Assembly (NCBI GenBank): GCA_030583765.1
Contig: CP129474.1
Coordinates: 405,168-469,167 of the forward strand
Reading direction: 5' to 3'
DNA from: Minisyncoccota bacterium
GTDB taxonomy: Bacteria > Patescibacteriota > Minisyncoccia > 2-02-FULL-40-12 > GWA2-44-9
Length of the DNA: 64,000 nucleotides
Shown: positions 1 to 8,072 of the stretch, one piece after another
How the letters are laid out: each line of letters starts with the position of its first letter
Numbering within the stretch: the first letter of the stretch is position 1
Program-made: the position numbers and the translations under genes
Notes under the pieces: model-generated
The model's database searches: none
What the model saw: only the letters and a program-made list of their open reading frames with translations
Told to the model about the DNA's origin: nothing

Positions 1-409
1 CCGCAAGCCCATCCCCCTTCGGAGCAGACATGAGGCGAGCGACCTCGTCACCCTCAAGAAATGTTACCTGCCGCTCTTCCTGCTTTCCTAATTCAATCCT
101 TTCAGGTGCTACAGACTGTACGTTTCGTTTTACGAGATAGGTTAAAAAATTACGAATAGCAATGATGTGATAGTTTTGTGTTACGCGCTTGAGCGGTTTT
201 CCGTCAGCATCAGCTAAGCGGTTGAGGTGGAGACGGTATTTTCGGATAAGATCTTCGGAGACGTCAGAGATGTCGTTTGTGTTCGCGAAGCGCACGAATC
301 GCTCAAGATAGCGTCCATAATTTTCGACAGTTTTAGGTGACCGATTGCGCTCGATCTCAAGGTACTCAAGATATTCGTTTTTGAGGTCTTTAAGACGCTC
401 TTTGGCCAT
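1..409 (-). CDS. Tyrosine site-specific recombinase (XerC/XerD family), N-terminal part; the gene continues beyond the window edge
   Basis: Reverse-strand translation from ATG (complement of 407-409) gives MAKERLKDLKNEYLEYLEIERNRSPKTVENYGRYLERF..., the typical SAM-like N-terminal domain of XerC/XerD integrases. It was not in the ORF track because it is truncated by the window edge. Confidence 0.7.
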   Translation of the reverse strand, partial: MAKERLKDLKNEYLEYLEIERNRSPKTVENYGRYLERFVRFANTNDISDVSEDLIRKYRLHLNRLADADGKPLKRVTQNYHIIAIRNFLTYLVKRNVQSVAPERIELGKQEERQVTFLEGDEVARLMSAPKGDGLA

Positions 410-453
410 ATGTGGGTAGTATACACGCTTTTATGGCGCTCGTCTGGGCGCGC

Positions 454-482
454 TTGCAGCACTGCCCCTTTTATTGTATAAT
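454..482 (+). promoter_or_regulatory. sigma70-like promoter for rpsO (TTGCAG, 17-nt spacer, extended -10 TGTATAAT)
   Basis: TTGCAG at 454-459, TG at 475-476, TATAAT at 477-482. It lies about 80 nt upstream of the rpsO ATG. Confidence 0.5.
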
Positions 483-559
483 GGACGGGTACTGATTGTC
501 CCTCGAGTGGTCTGGCCCGCAGAACGCGCCTTACTCCTCCTGTGGCATGCATGTGTAGC

Positions 560-829
560 ATGGCATTATCAACACAACAGAAATCGAAGATCGTTTCCAA
601 ACATCAGACGCACGGCAAAGATACGGGCTCCCCTGACATTCAGGTCGCCCTTTTTTCATCGGAAATTGACCGCCTCGTGAAGCACCTTCGCAAGCATGCG
701 AAGGATAACAGTTCCCGAGTTGGGCTTTTAAAAATGGTTGCTAAGCGCCGCCGCCTTCTTGAATATCTCAAGCGCACAGAACCAAAGCGCTACGAGAAGC
801 TCATTAAGGATCTCGATTTGAAGAAGTAA
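560..829 (+). CDS. rpsO: 30S ribosomal protein S15
   Basis: MALSTQQKSKIVSKHQTHGKDTGSPDIQVALFSSEIDRLVKHLRKHAKDNSSRVGLLKMVAKRRRLLEYLKR is canonical S15. The ATG at 560 is the likely true start; the track ORF 542 starts further upstream. The gene sits in the conserved rpsO-pnp neighbourhood. Confidence 0.93.
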   Translation: MALSTQQKSKIVSKHQTHGKDTGSPDIQVALFSSEIDRLVKHLRKHAKDNSSRVGLLKMVAKRRRLLEYLKRTEPKRYEKLIKDLDLKK

Positions 830-837
830 CAACGGGC

Positions 838-868
838 GCGGACGGCACTGCCGTCCGCTGTTCGTTTC
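838..868 (+). terminator. Hairpin (9-bp perfect stem GCGGACGGC/GCCGTCCGC, loop ACT) followed by a T-rich run; rpsO terminator or attenuator
   Basis: The inverted repeat is read directly at 838-858, followed by tgttcgtttc. Confidence 0.5.
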
Positions 869-878
869 TATCACAATT

Positions 879-1505
879 ATGAATCATAAACTTTCAGTTC
901 CCCAGCGAAAAACGCACCGCGTTGGGGTGTTTGTGGATGTGCAGAACATGTATCATTCCGCAAAGCATTTGCACGGTGCGCGAGTAAACTTTAAAGAACT
1001 CCTCTCCATTGCCACAGCTGGCCGAGACCTCATTCGAGCTGTTGCATACGTGGTAAAATCAGATACAGAAGAAGAGCGTGCTTTTTTCGATGCACTCGAA
1101 AAGTCGGGCTTTGAACTCAAAATGAAGGACCTCCAAGTGTTCGCCGGTGGCATGAAGAAAGCCGACTGGGATGTGGGTCTTGCTATCGACGCTATTTCCC
1201 TGTCGCGACAGCTCGATGTGGTCGTTATTATTTCTGGAGATGGAGACTTTGAGCCGCTGGTAAATTATTTGAAACACCAAGGCCTCATTGTGGAGGCAGT
1301 TGCATTCCGTCGTTCAACGAGCTCTCGTCTCGTAGATGCTGTACACAACTTTATCGATCTCGATGAGACTGCAGCCCTCATGCGCTCTCGCCGAGCTTTG
1401 GCGCGTGGCCGTCGTAGCACGCGCACAGAGCGTCCGGAGCGGGAGGCGTCCGAGCCCCGCGCTGTAGGTACTGATACTGATGGTCTCGACGATGCTATCT
1501 CATAG
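879..1505 (+). CDS. NYN-domain (LabA/PIN-like) protein
   Basis: The N-terminal VGVFVDVQNMYH, the ISGDGDFEPLV motif and the overall length match NYN/LabA-like nuclease-fold proteins. Confidence 0.65.
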   Translation: MNHKLSVPQRKTHRVGVFVDVQNMYHSAKHLHGARVNFKELLSIATAGRDLIRAVAYVVKSDTEEERAFFDALEKSGFELKMKDLQVFAGGMKKADWDVGLAIDAISLSRQLDVVVIISGDGDFEPLVNYLKHQGLIVEAVAFRRSTSSRLVDAVHNFIDLDETAALMRSRRALARGRRSTRTERPEREASEPRAVGTDTDGLDDAIS

Positions 1506-1838
1506 ATTTTACGCAATTCTTGCTGTTGTTGTGGGCGTTGCCGCGCTCCTTTTGGGAGCGCGGCTTGCCCTCCGCGATGCGCACCAAGATGGCGCCGCGT
1601 CACCTACCCCTGGGTGCTACTACCAACAGGTGCAATGTATTCGCGCTCCATGTGATCCGGTGCTTGTGTGTCCAACGCCAAGCTACTAGTAATTCTCTTA
1701 TTGTTTCGGTATAGTCTCTTTGTATACCGCTTGTCGCACCTCCGCCATTGTCCGCATGGGGCGCTAGCCTTTTTTGTCCTCTTTGCGAGGACTAAGGTGG
1801 CCAGCTTCCGATGGGAGTGTGTGTGATCGCGGCAGCAT

Positions 1839-4040
1839 ATGCAGGAAAAAACATATACACGCACAATTGCCGGGAGAACGCTCTCTGTGCAACTGGGAAA
1901 ACTCGCACAGCAGGCGAACGGATCTTGTTTAGTTCAGTACGGTGAAACCACAGTCCTTGTGACTGCGGTCATGGGGGCGGACGCTAAGGACGTTGACTAC
2001 CTCCCCCTTTCTGTAGATTACGAAGAACGCTACTACGCTGCGGGAAAGATGAAGGAGTCTAAGTGGATGAAGCGCGAAGGGCGTCCGCCAGAAGAGGCCA
2101 TTCTCACGGGGCGACTCATTGATCGTGCAATTCGACCCCGCTTTAACCATGATATGCGCAACGAAATTCAAGTCGTTGCGACGGTTCTTTCATTTGATCG
2201 TGAAAACGACCCCGATATGGTTGCAATGTTCGGCGCTTCGCTCGCGCTCCTCATCTCCGACATCCCCTGGGACGGGCCGATCGCCGGCGTTCGCGTAAGT
2301 CGCGATGGGTCTCGCATGATCGCTCACCCAACCTATTCGGAGCGCACTGCCGGTGATTTCGATATCGCAATAGCTGGGACAAAAAACCGCATCAATATGA
2401 TCGAGGGTGGTGCGCGCATTGTCCCTGAAGCGCAGATTAGTGAAGCTGTTGCCTTTGGATTCCAGGCAATGCAAGAGCTTATCGCTTTTCAAGAGGAAAT
2501 CGCCGCGGAGGTGTCCGTCAAAAAGCGTCAGGGCGCCCTCGCTTCTATCCCCGACGATGTGTCTGCGCTTGTTGCTGGGGTGGCGACGCCGCTTTTAGAT
2601 AGGGCGGAGGGTGGGCTCTACGCAAAAACTAAAGAGGCGTTTTACACAAACGTTGCCGATGCGCGGGCAGAGGTGAAAAACGCAATTGACACCGCATATG
2701 CTGGCCGCGCTGACATCGCGAAGGTACACGAGCAGGCTATGGTTGCCTTTGAGCGCGTTGCGGATGCTGTCGTGCATAAAAATGTACTTGATCGCGATAT
2801 GCGACCCGACGGGAGGTCTCTCACTGAGGTGAGGGATCTTTCTGTACAAGTTGGCGTCTTGCCGCGTGTACATGGCAGTGCCCTATTTCAGCGGGGGCAA
2901 ACGCAGGCCCTATCAGTACTAACACTTGCGGCGCCCGGTATGGAACAGTGGATTGAGACAATGGAGATCGAGCTTACGAAAAAGCACTTCATGCACCACT
3001 ATGTGTTCCCGCCGTTTTCAGTTGGAGAAACGGGGCGCATGGGATCTCCTGGGCGTCGTGAGATAGGCCATGGTGCTCTTGCCGAGCGTTCGCTTGAGCC
3101 CATCATCCCCTCTCGAGACACGTTCCCGTACACTATCCGTGTAGTCTCTGAAATTCTCGGCTCAAACGGATCGTCGTCTATGGCATCGGTCTGTGGGTCC
3201 TCTCTTGCTCTTATGGAGGGTGGCGTTCCTATTGTTGCGCCAGCCGCCGGTATCGCGATGGGCATTATGTTTGATGGTGCTGGAGAAAAATATAAAATCC
3301 TCACCGATATTCAGGGGCCCGAAGATCACTATGGCGACATGGATCTTAAAATTGCAGGCACGCGCACCGGCGTTACCGGCATGCAGATGGACGTAAAAGT
3401 TGAGGGGATCACGCCGGCCATCTTTACAGAAACCCTTGCTCAGGCTCGCGAGGCCAGAATTCATATTCTTGACGCTATGGAGCGCGTGATTGCTGCGCCC
3501 CGTGCCGAGCTCTCGCCCCTTGCGCCACGCGTTCATACGCTGCACATTGACCCCAAGAAGATCGGCATGGTTATTGGATCTCAAGGAAAGACTATTAACG
3601 AGATTACTGAAACCACTGGTGCATCCATTGATATTGAGGATGATGGGACCATCTTCGTGGCGTCACCAGATGCGAGTAAGGCAAAGCAGGCAATTGATTG
3701 GATTGAGGCCATAACCTATGAGCCAAAGCCAGGAGATGCTTTTCAGGGAACAGTGACTCGCATTCTCGATTTTGGCGCCTTTGTTGAGTTTATGCCTGGC
3801 AAGGAGGGCATGGTGCATATCAGTGAGATTAATGGCGAGCAGCTTGATCATCCGAGCAAGGTCCTCCGTGAGGGACAATCAGTCTCCGTCACCGTAAAAG
3901 AGGTGGATGCCATGGGAAGAATTAATCTCACGATGCTCCCCCCAGGAGTCGCGCCTGCAGAGCGCCCCGCTCGACACAGTAGTGGGCCCCGCAGAGATGG
4001 CGGCCGTAGTCGCCCACCGCACCAAAAGAAGCGATACTAA
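1839..4040 (+). CDS. pnp: Polynucleotide phosphorylase (PNPase)
   Basis: 733 aa with two RNase PH-like cores (GETGRMGSPGRREIGHG), a KH region and a C-terminal S1 region. It lies downstream of rpsO, as is typical. Confidence 0.95.
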   Translation: MQEKTYTRTIAGRTLSVQLGKLAQQANGSCLVQYGETTVLVTAVMGADAKDVDYLPLSVDYEERYYAAGKMKESKWMKREGRPPEEAILTGRLIDRAIRPRFNHDMRNEIQVVATVLSFDRENDPDMVAMFGASLALLISDIPWDGPIAGVRVSRDGSRMIAHPTYSERTAGDFDIAIAGTKNRINMIEGGARIVPEAQISEAVAFGFQAMQELIAFQEEIAAEVSVKKRQGALASIPDDVSALVAGVATPLLDRAEGGLYAKTKEAFYTNVADARAEVKNAIDTAYAGRADIAKVHEQAMVAFERVADAVVHKNVLDRDMRPDGRSLTEVRDLSVQVGVLPRVHGSALFQRGQTQALSVLTLAAPGMEQWIETMEIELTKKHFMHHYVFPPFSVGETGRMGSPGRREIGHGALAERSLEPIIPSRDTFPYTIRVVSEILGSNGSSSMASVCGSSLALMEGGVPIVAPAAGIAMGIMFDGAGEKYKILTDIQGPEDHYGDMDLKIAGTRTGVTGMQMDVKVEGITPAIFTETLAQAREARIHILDAMERVIAAPRAELSPLAPRVHTLHIDPKKIGMVIGSQGKTINEITETTGASIDIEDDGTIFVASPDASKAKQAIDWIEAITYEPKPGDAFQGTVTRILDFGAFVEFMPGKEGMVHISEINGEQLDHPSKVLREGQSVSVTVKEVDAMGRINLTMLPPGVAPAERPARHSSGPRRDGGRSRPPHQKKRY

Positions 4041-4051
4041 GACATACACAC

Positions 4052-4080
4052 ACCGCGCAAAAGCGCGGTGTGGTTTTCTC
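4052..4080 (+). terminator. Rho-independent terminator after pnp (CACCGCGC aaaa GCGCGGTG + TGGTTTTCTC)
   Basis: A perfect 8-bp stem followed by a T-run, read directly. Confidence 0.55.
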
Positions 4081-4099
4081 GTGGTACAATGCAGGTGCT

Positions 4100-5440
4100 A
4101 TGGCAGATGCATCTTCAACGGGAAGTCTCGATGAACTCCTCCGCTCTCTTCAGGAAGAGCAAAAAAAGCAACCACCGGTTGCGGCTATGCCGCCCGCCCG
4201 CGAGCAATCTGCCGCCCCGGCGAACACCTCTCAGATCCCCCCTGTGCCAGTGAGCGTTGGGCAAGACCAGCTCGCCGCCCGTCGTACTCAAAAAAGCGAT
4301 GTCCCCTTTCAGCGTAAAAAAATTGATATTGCATCTCTTCCGCCGCTTGGGGGCAAGGCTTCCGCTCCGCAACAGAAACAGCCGTCCCAAGCAAGTGGAG
4401 CCCTTGAAGTAAAGGAGGAAAGCATCCCTGTTCCTCAGGGCCAAAAGACGATCATTCGTACTATGGCGCAAGATATCGCGAGCGCTGGCTCGGGGGGTGT
4501 CCTCTCCACAGGGACTCCCATGGAGGCACCAGTCGTTCTCCCTACACCTTCACGCCCGAAGCCTCAGGAGGCGGCTCAGTCGCCCAGCGAGCCCTCTTTG
4601 ACCGCGCCAGCGCCACAAGTGCCGCCCGCGTCTACGCATCACGGCCGCGTTGGTTCAAGGACAATTGCATACGTTGTCGTTACAGCTATCGCCCTCGGCG
4701 CTGGCGCGGCATATTGGATCTCCCAATCGCCAGAAGCTTCTCGCATGATTCCGCGTGAATCAAAAATCCCAGAGACACTCCCCATCCCCTCGGGAGAGCG
4801 ACAACAACTCTCTGTTTTGTTGGGCGGTGCGCTGGAAACTGTGACGCTTTCAGGCGAAGTTTCCGGCACATCAATACACGACGCCGCATCGTCACTATTG
4901 CCAGCTCCACAGCGTCTACGAAGGTTCCAAATCGCGGGGCTCGGGAACGAGGCGCCCGTAAGTCACCCGCGGGATATTTTTGATGCGCTTGGCGTCGTGC
5001 GTCCTAGCGAGATTGATACTATGTGGGGAGAAGAGGGGGCGATCCTAGTGTTTGGCCAGCCATCGATTTTTAATTCCCGTGGGGTGCTTGTCTCCCCTCC
5101 TCCTACACAGGAGACGCGCCTTATTTTAATCGGAGAAGTACTCGATGTGGCACAAGCATCTGCAGCTATGGATGTGTGGCGCGCGACGGGCGTAGACAAG
5201 TCGCTCGCAGATCTTCTGCGCTACGACATACTTAAGGCGAGCACGCCCGATATTCAAACTGGGACCTATAAGTCATACACAATTCACTACAAAAACTTCC
5301 CCTATAGCGACCGAGCTCTCGACTACGCGCTTGCGGATGGTCCCGATGGCCGAGCATATCTTCTCTTTGCAAGCTCAAAAGAGGCAATGAGCGCGGCGCT
5401 CGACCTTTTCCACGCACAGGCCGGCGAGACTGCTCTCTAG
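4100..5440 (+). CDS. Hypothetical Pro/Gln-rich membrane-anchored protein (one central TM helix, conserved-looking C-terminal domain)
   Basis: A long ORF with a coding-like composition. The low-complexity P/A/Q-rich N-terminal half is followed by the TM segment IAYVVVTAIALGAGAAYWI. The exact start is uncertain; the ATG at 4100 (MADASS...) is preferred over the GTG/ATG at 4070. Confidence 0.55.
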   Translation: MADASSTGSLDELLRSLQEEQKKQPPVAAMPPAREQSAAPANTSQIPPVPVSVGQDQLAARRTQKSDVPFQRKKIDIASLPPLGGKASAPQQKQPSQASGALEVKEESIPVPQGQKTIIRTMAQDIASAGSGGVLSTGTPMEAPVVLPTPSRPKPQEAAQSPSEPSLTAPAPQVPPASTHHGRVGSRTIAYVVVTAIALGAGAAYWISQSPEASRMIPRESKIPETLPIPSGERQQLSVLLGGALETVTLSGEVSGTSIHDAASSLLPAPQRLRRFQIAGLGNEAPVSHPRDIFDALGVVRPSEIDTMWGEEGAILVFGQPSIFNSRGVLVSPPPTQETRLILIGEVLDVAQASAAMDVWRATGVDKSLADLLRYDILKASTPDIQTGTYKSYTIHYKNFPYSDRALDYALADGPDGRAYLLFASSKEAMSAALDLFHAQAGETAL

Positions 5441-5700
5441 GATGTTGGTGACACAGTTGGTGACACAGTTGGTGACACGTGTCATGGCACTAGTGTCACG
5501 AAAACCACGTGACACTATATTTCGTGACACCATGAAAAAGTCATTATATTTTGGCCGTTTCTCCATACAATCGTCAGGGAGATGACACCAAAGGTGTCAT
5601 GGTGTCACTAAATATATTGAGGTGTCACACATGGTGTCGCGTGACACCATGTCACCTATCGTGACGCTGACATATCCACATTTTTGTGTTGACGCTATAT
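5441..5700. repeat. Array 1 of the palindromic heptamer GTGWCAC (about 15 copies in both orientations at about 10-11 bp periodicity, including the 3x tandem 12-mer GTTGGTGACACA)
   Basis: The copies were counted directly in the sequence. The array shares the 17-bp segment CGTGACACCATGAAAAA with array 2. Confidence 0.8.
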
Positions 5701-5716
5701 TTCCGTCGCGTATACT
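5689..5716 (+). promoter_or_regulatory. sigma70-like promoter (TTGACG, 16-nt spacer, TATACT) at the 3' edge of array 1
   Basis: TTGACG at 5689-5694 and TATACT at 5711-5716. It points toward the dksA-like gene. Confidence 0.45.
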
Positions 5717-5807
5717 GGCATTAGTTCCTTGTAGTTGATACGCGTTCGTTTTGTTCCTTCTGGCCGCGCGCAGCGTGCGCCGGTCGGTATATTCCCCCTA
5801 CACAGGG

Positions 5808-5875
5808 GCCCGCCCACTTGGAGAATCAATCCTTATTGTTTCCGGGGCTCGAGGCCCCTGTTTTTGTTTTTTATT
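5808..5875 (+). terminator. Hairpin ACAGGGGCC...GGCCCCTGT followed by TTTTTGTTTTTTATT; a terminator or attenuator upstream of the dksA-like gene
   Basis: A 9-bp inverted repeat with a long loop and a U-tract. It lies between the promoter at 5689 and the dksA-like ATG at 5898. Confidence 0.4.
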
Positions 5876-5897
5876 ATTTCGTATATAATCCATTTCT

Positions 5898-6257
5898 ATG
5901 GACCACGCATCGCTAAAGGCGTTACAGCAAAAACTCGAAGCAGAAAGGGGCGTACTCAAAGAGCGCCTGCGTGAGGTTGGAGTTGAAAATCCAGCGGTTC
6001 CCGGCGATTTCGAGCCAACGCTTCCTAATTATGGCGATGAATACGACGACACAGTAAACGAATCCACTGATTTAGACGCAAATATAGCCGTTGTTTCCGA
6101 GCTTGAGCGGCGATTAAAAGAAATAGAGATTGCACTTGGGAGAATCGAGAACGGTACCTATGGGGCGTGCACGACCTGTTCGACAAAAATAGCAGAAGAA
6201 AGGCTCCACGCGGTCCCTACCGCTGCGCTCTGCAGCACGTGCGCCCAGAAGCTTTAA
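5898..6257 (+). CDS. TraR/DksA-family C4 zinc-finger protein
   Basis: The C-terminal CTTCSTKIAEERLHAVPTAALCSTCAQ is a CxxC-x17-CxxC zinc finger preceded by a coiled-coil-like region. A -10 TATAAT at 5884-5889 sits only 8 nt upstream of the ATG, suggesting a leaderless or very short-leader mRNA. Confidence 0.7.
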   Translation: MDHASLKALQQKLEAERGVLKERLREVGVENPAVPGDFEPTLPNYGDEYDDTVNESTDLDANIAVVSELERRLKEIEIALGRIENGTYGACTTCSTKIAEERLHAVPTAALCSTCAQKL

Positions 6258-6276
6258 AAGCCCCAATGCGGGGCTT

Positions 6277-7806
6277 TTGTGTATGCCAACACGTATTCGA
6301 TCAGCTGGCATTGTAGGCATAGAAGCATCTCCTATCGATGTCGAGGTAGACGCTGTCCCAGGAATACACTCTTTCCTTCTCGTTGGATTGCCCGATAAAG
6401 CAGTGCAAGAATCGAAAGATCGAATAAGCGCGGCTGTGCGCAATAGCTCTTTCGCTCCGCCAAGCGCAAAGCACAAGCGTATTACGATCAGCCTAGCTCC
6501 AGCTGATTTACGAAAAGAAGGGCCCGCCTTCGATCTTCCCATTGCCCTTGGATACCTCGCAGAAACCAAGCAAATACAAGGAGATTGGAGTAACACGCTT
6601 TTTGCTGGGGAGCTTGGACTTGATGGCTCACTGCGCCCTATCCGCGGAGCGCTTCCGCTTGCCCTGTGTGCTCGGGCGGAGGGCGCTCAAGAAGTTGTAT
6701 TGCCCGTCGAAAATGCTCGCGAATGTGCGTGGATTGAAGGGATCTCCATAGTTGGCGCCAGGTCGTTGGGGGAAGTTGTTGCGCACATTATGCAAACAGT
6801 ACGATTAACAAAATGCACGGCGACTATCCGTGATGAGGTAGACGTACATGATCCCTTTGAACATATTGTAGGCCAGGATTCTGCAAAGCGCGCGCTCGTT
6901 GTCGCGGCGGCAGGAGGGCACAACGTGCTGATGTTCGGAGCTCCAGGGTCCGGGAAGACGCTCCTTGCGCGGGCTCTTGCGAGCCTTCTTCCTCCGCTTG
7001 AACACCAAGAAATGCTGGACGTAGCACGCATTTATAGCGCCGCAGGCCTACTCTCCGGAGACGCTGTTCCACGAAGGCGCCCATTTCGTAATCCGCACCA
7101 CACCGCCTCGGCAACTGCTATTATTGGCGGCGGAGCCATCCCCCGCCCTGGGGAAATTAGCTTAGCGCACCGAGGAGTCCTGTTTCTTGATGAACTGCCC
7201 GAGTTTCCCCGCTCGGTTTTAGAAAGCCTACGCCAACCACTCGAAGATGGTGTTGTGACAATCGCGAGAGCTTCTGGGTCAGCAACGCTTCCCGCCCAAT
7301 GCATGCTCGTTGCTGCGATGAATCCATGCCCTTGCGGCAACGCTGGGGATCCAGAGCTTGAGTGCGTGTGCTCTGGTGCGCACATTGCGCGGTACGCAAA
7401 GAAAGTTTCAGGACCGCTACTGGACCGACTGGATATTCAGGTGCGCGTTCCCCGAGAAGTGCGCGCATCATTTAAAAAGGACGTAGCGCCTAATGCTGTG
7501 ATAAATATGCGCGCGAGGGTTGCGCTTGCGTGGCAGATGCAAAAGGAAAGGAACGCTCATTTCGGTATTTTGCGAAACAGCGACATTCGCCACGGTTTTA
7601 TTCACGATGTATGCGCACTTTCTGATGGCGCCGAGCGACTACTTGAGTCTTCTGCGAGGGCATTTAAGCTCTCGATGCGGAGCATTCACCGGATTCAAAA
7701 AATTGCTAGAACTGTCGCTGATTTAGACGGCAAGGCGTGTGTTGAAGAGGGGCATGTAGCCGAGGCGGTGCAATTGCGCACATCCGACATGGTGTCAGCA
7801 ACCTGA
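6277..7806 (+). CDS. comM: Mg-chelatase-like AAA+ ATPase of the YifB/ComM family (competence protein ComM)
   Basis: 509 aa with a Lon-protease-like N-terminal region, Walker A GAPGSGKT, and MLVAAMNPCPCG, the hallmark of YifB/ComM. Confidence 0.9.
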   Translation: MCMPTRIRSAGIVGIEASPIDVEVDAVPGIHSFLLVGLPDKAVQESKDRISAAVRNSSFAPPSAKHKRITISLAPADLRKEGPAFDLPIALGYLAETKQIQGDWSNTLFAGELGLDGSLRPIRGALPLALCARAEGAQEVVLPVENARECAWIEGISIVGARSLGEVVAHIMQTVRLTKCTATIRDEVDVHDPFEHIVGQDSAKRALVVAAAGGHNVLMFGAPGSGKTLLARALASLLPPLEHQEMLDVARIYSAAGLLSGDAVPRRRPFRNPHHTASATAIIGGGAIPRPGEISLAHRGVLFLDELPEFPRSVLESLRQPLEDGVVTIARASGSATLPAQCMLVAAMNPCPCGNAGDPELECVCSGAHIARYAKKVSGPLLDRLDIQVRVPREVRASFKKDVAPNAVINMRARVALAWQMQKERNAHFGILRNSDIRHGFIHDVCALSDGAERLLESSARAFKLSMRSIHRIQKIARTVADLDGKACVEEGHVAEAVQLRTSDMVSAT

Positions 7807-8040
7807 CTAGTGTCACGATAGGTGACACTAGTGACACCGTGTCACCACAGAGATGACACCTATAGTGTCACCAATGACACCAATCGTGACACCATGAAAA
7901 AATAGAGCAAATAAGCCATATTTTGCATCGGTGAGTGGTGCCAAAAATGTTGGTGTCACCTACCGTGACACCCATCGTGACACTAGTGACACCGTGACAC
8001 CCATTGTGACACTTATGGTGACACCTAACATTGGTGACAC
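7807..8040. repeat. Array 2 of GTGWCAC / GGTGWCACC palindromic sites (about 16 copies, about 10-11 bp phasing)
   Basis: The copies were counted directly in the sequence. The array starts immediately after the comM stop and shares segments with array 1. Confidence 0.8.
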
Positions 8041-8072
8041 AAAAATAACCGCCAAGGTGGCGGTTATTTTTG
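8041..8072. terminator. Bidirectional rho-independent terminator (AACCGCC aaggt GGCGGTT, flanked by A-run and T-run) between convergent comM and the M23 peptidase gene
   Basis: A perfect 7-bp stem with a 5-nt loop, A5 upstream and T5 downstream. Confidence 0.65.

Noticed and set aside
214-600. 128-aa minus-strand ORF
   Set aside because: It is antisense to, and overlaps, the XerC/D-like recombinase gene and the rpsO promoter. No recognisable motif. An artefact of the opposite-strand gene.
1480-1689. 69-aa ORF with a hydrophobic segment (ILAVVVGVAALLLGA) and a Cys-rich tail, overlapping the end of the NYN gene
   Set aside because: It could be a real small membrane protein, but the region is GC-rich and the ORF is short. 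There is not enough evidence to list it as a gene.
5680-5700. Considered array 1 as a replication origin because of the DnaA-box-like ATATCCACA at 5685-5693
   Set aside because: Only one box-like 9-mer is present. No dnaA, dnaN or gyrB is nearby. The abundant repeats are GTGWCAC, not DnaA boxes.
6114-6596. 160-aa minus-strand ORF
   Set aside because: Antisense to the dksA-like and comM genes. No motifs.
5441-8040. Considered whether the short-repeat arrays are a CRISPR array
   Set aside because: The repeat unit is only 7-9 bp. The spacing of about 3-5 bp between units is irregular and far too short for spacers. The units occur in both orientations, and no cas genes are present.
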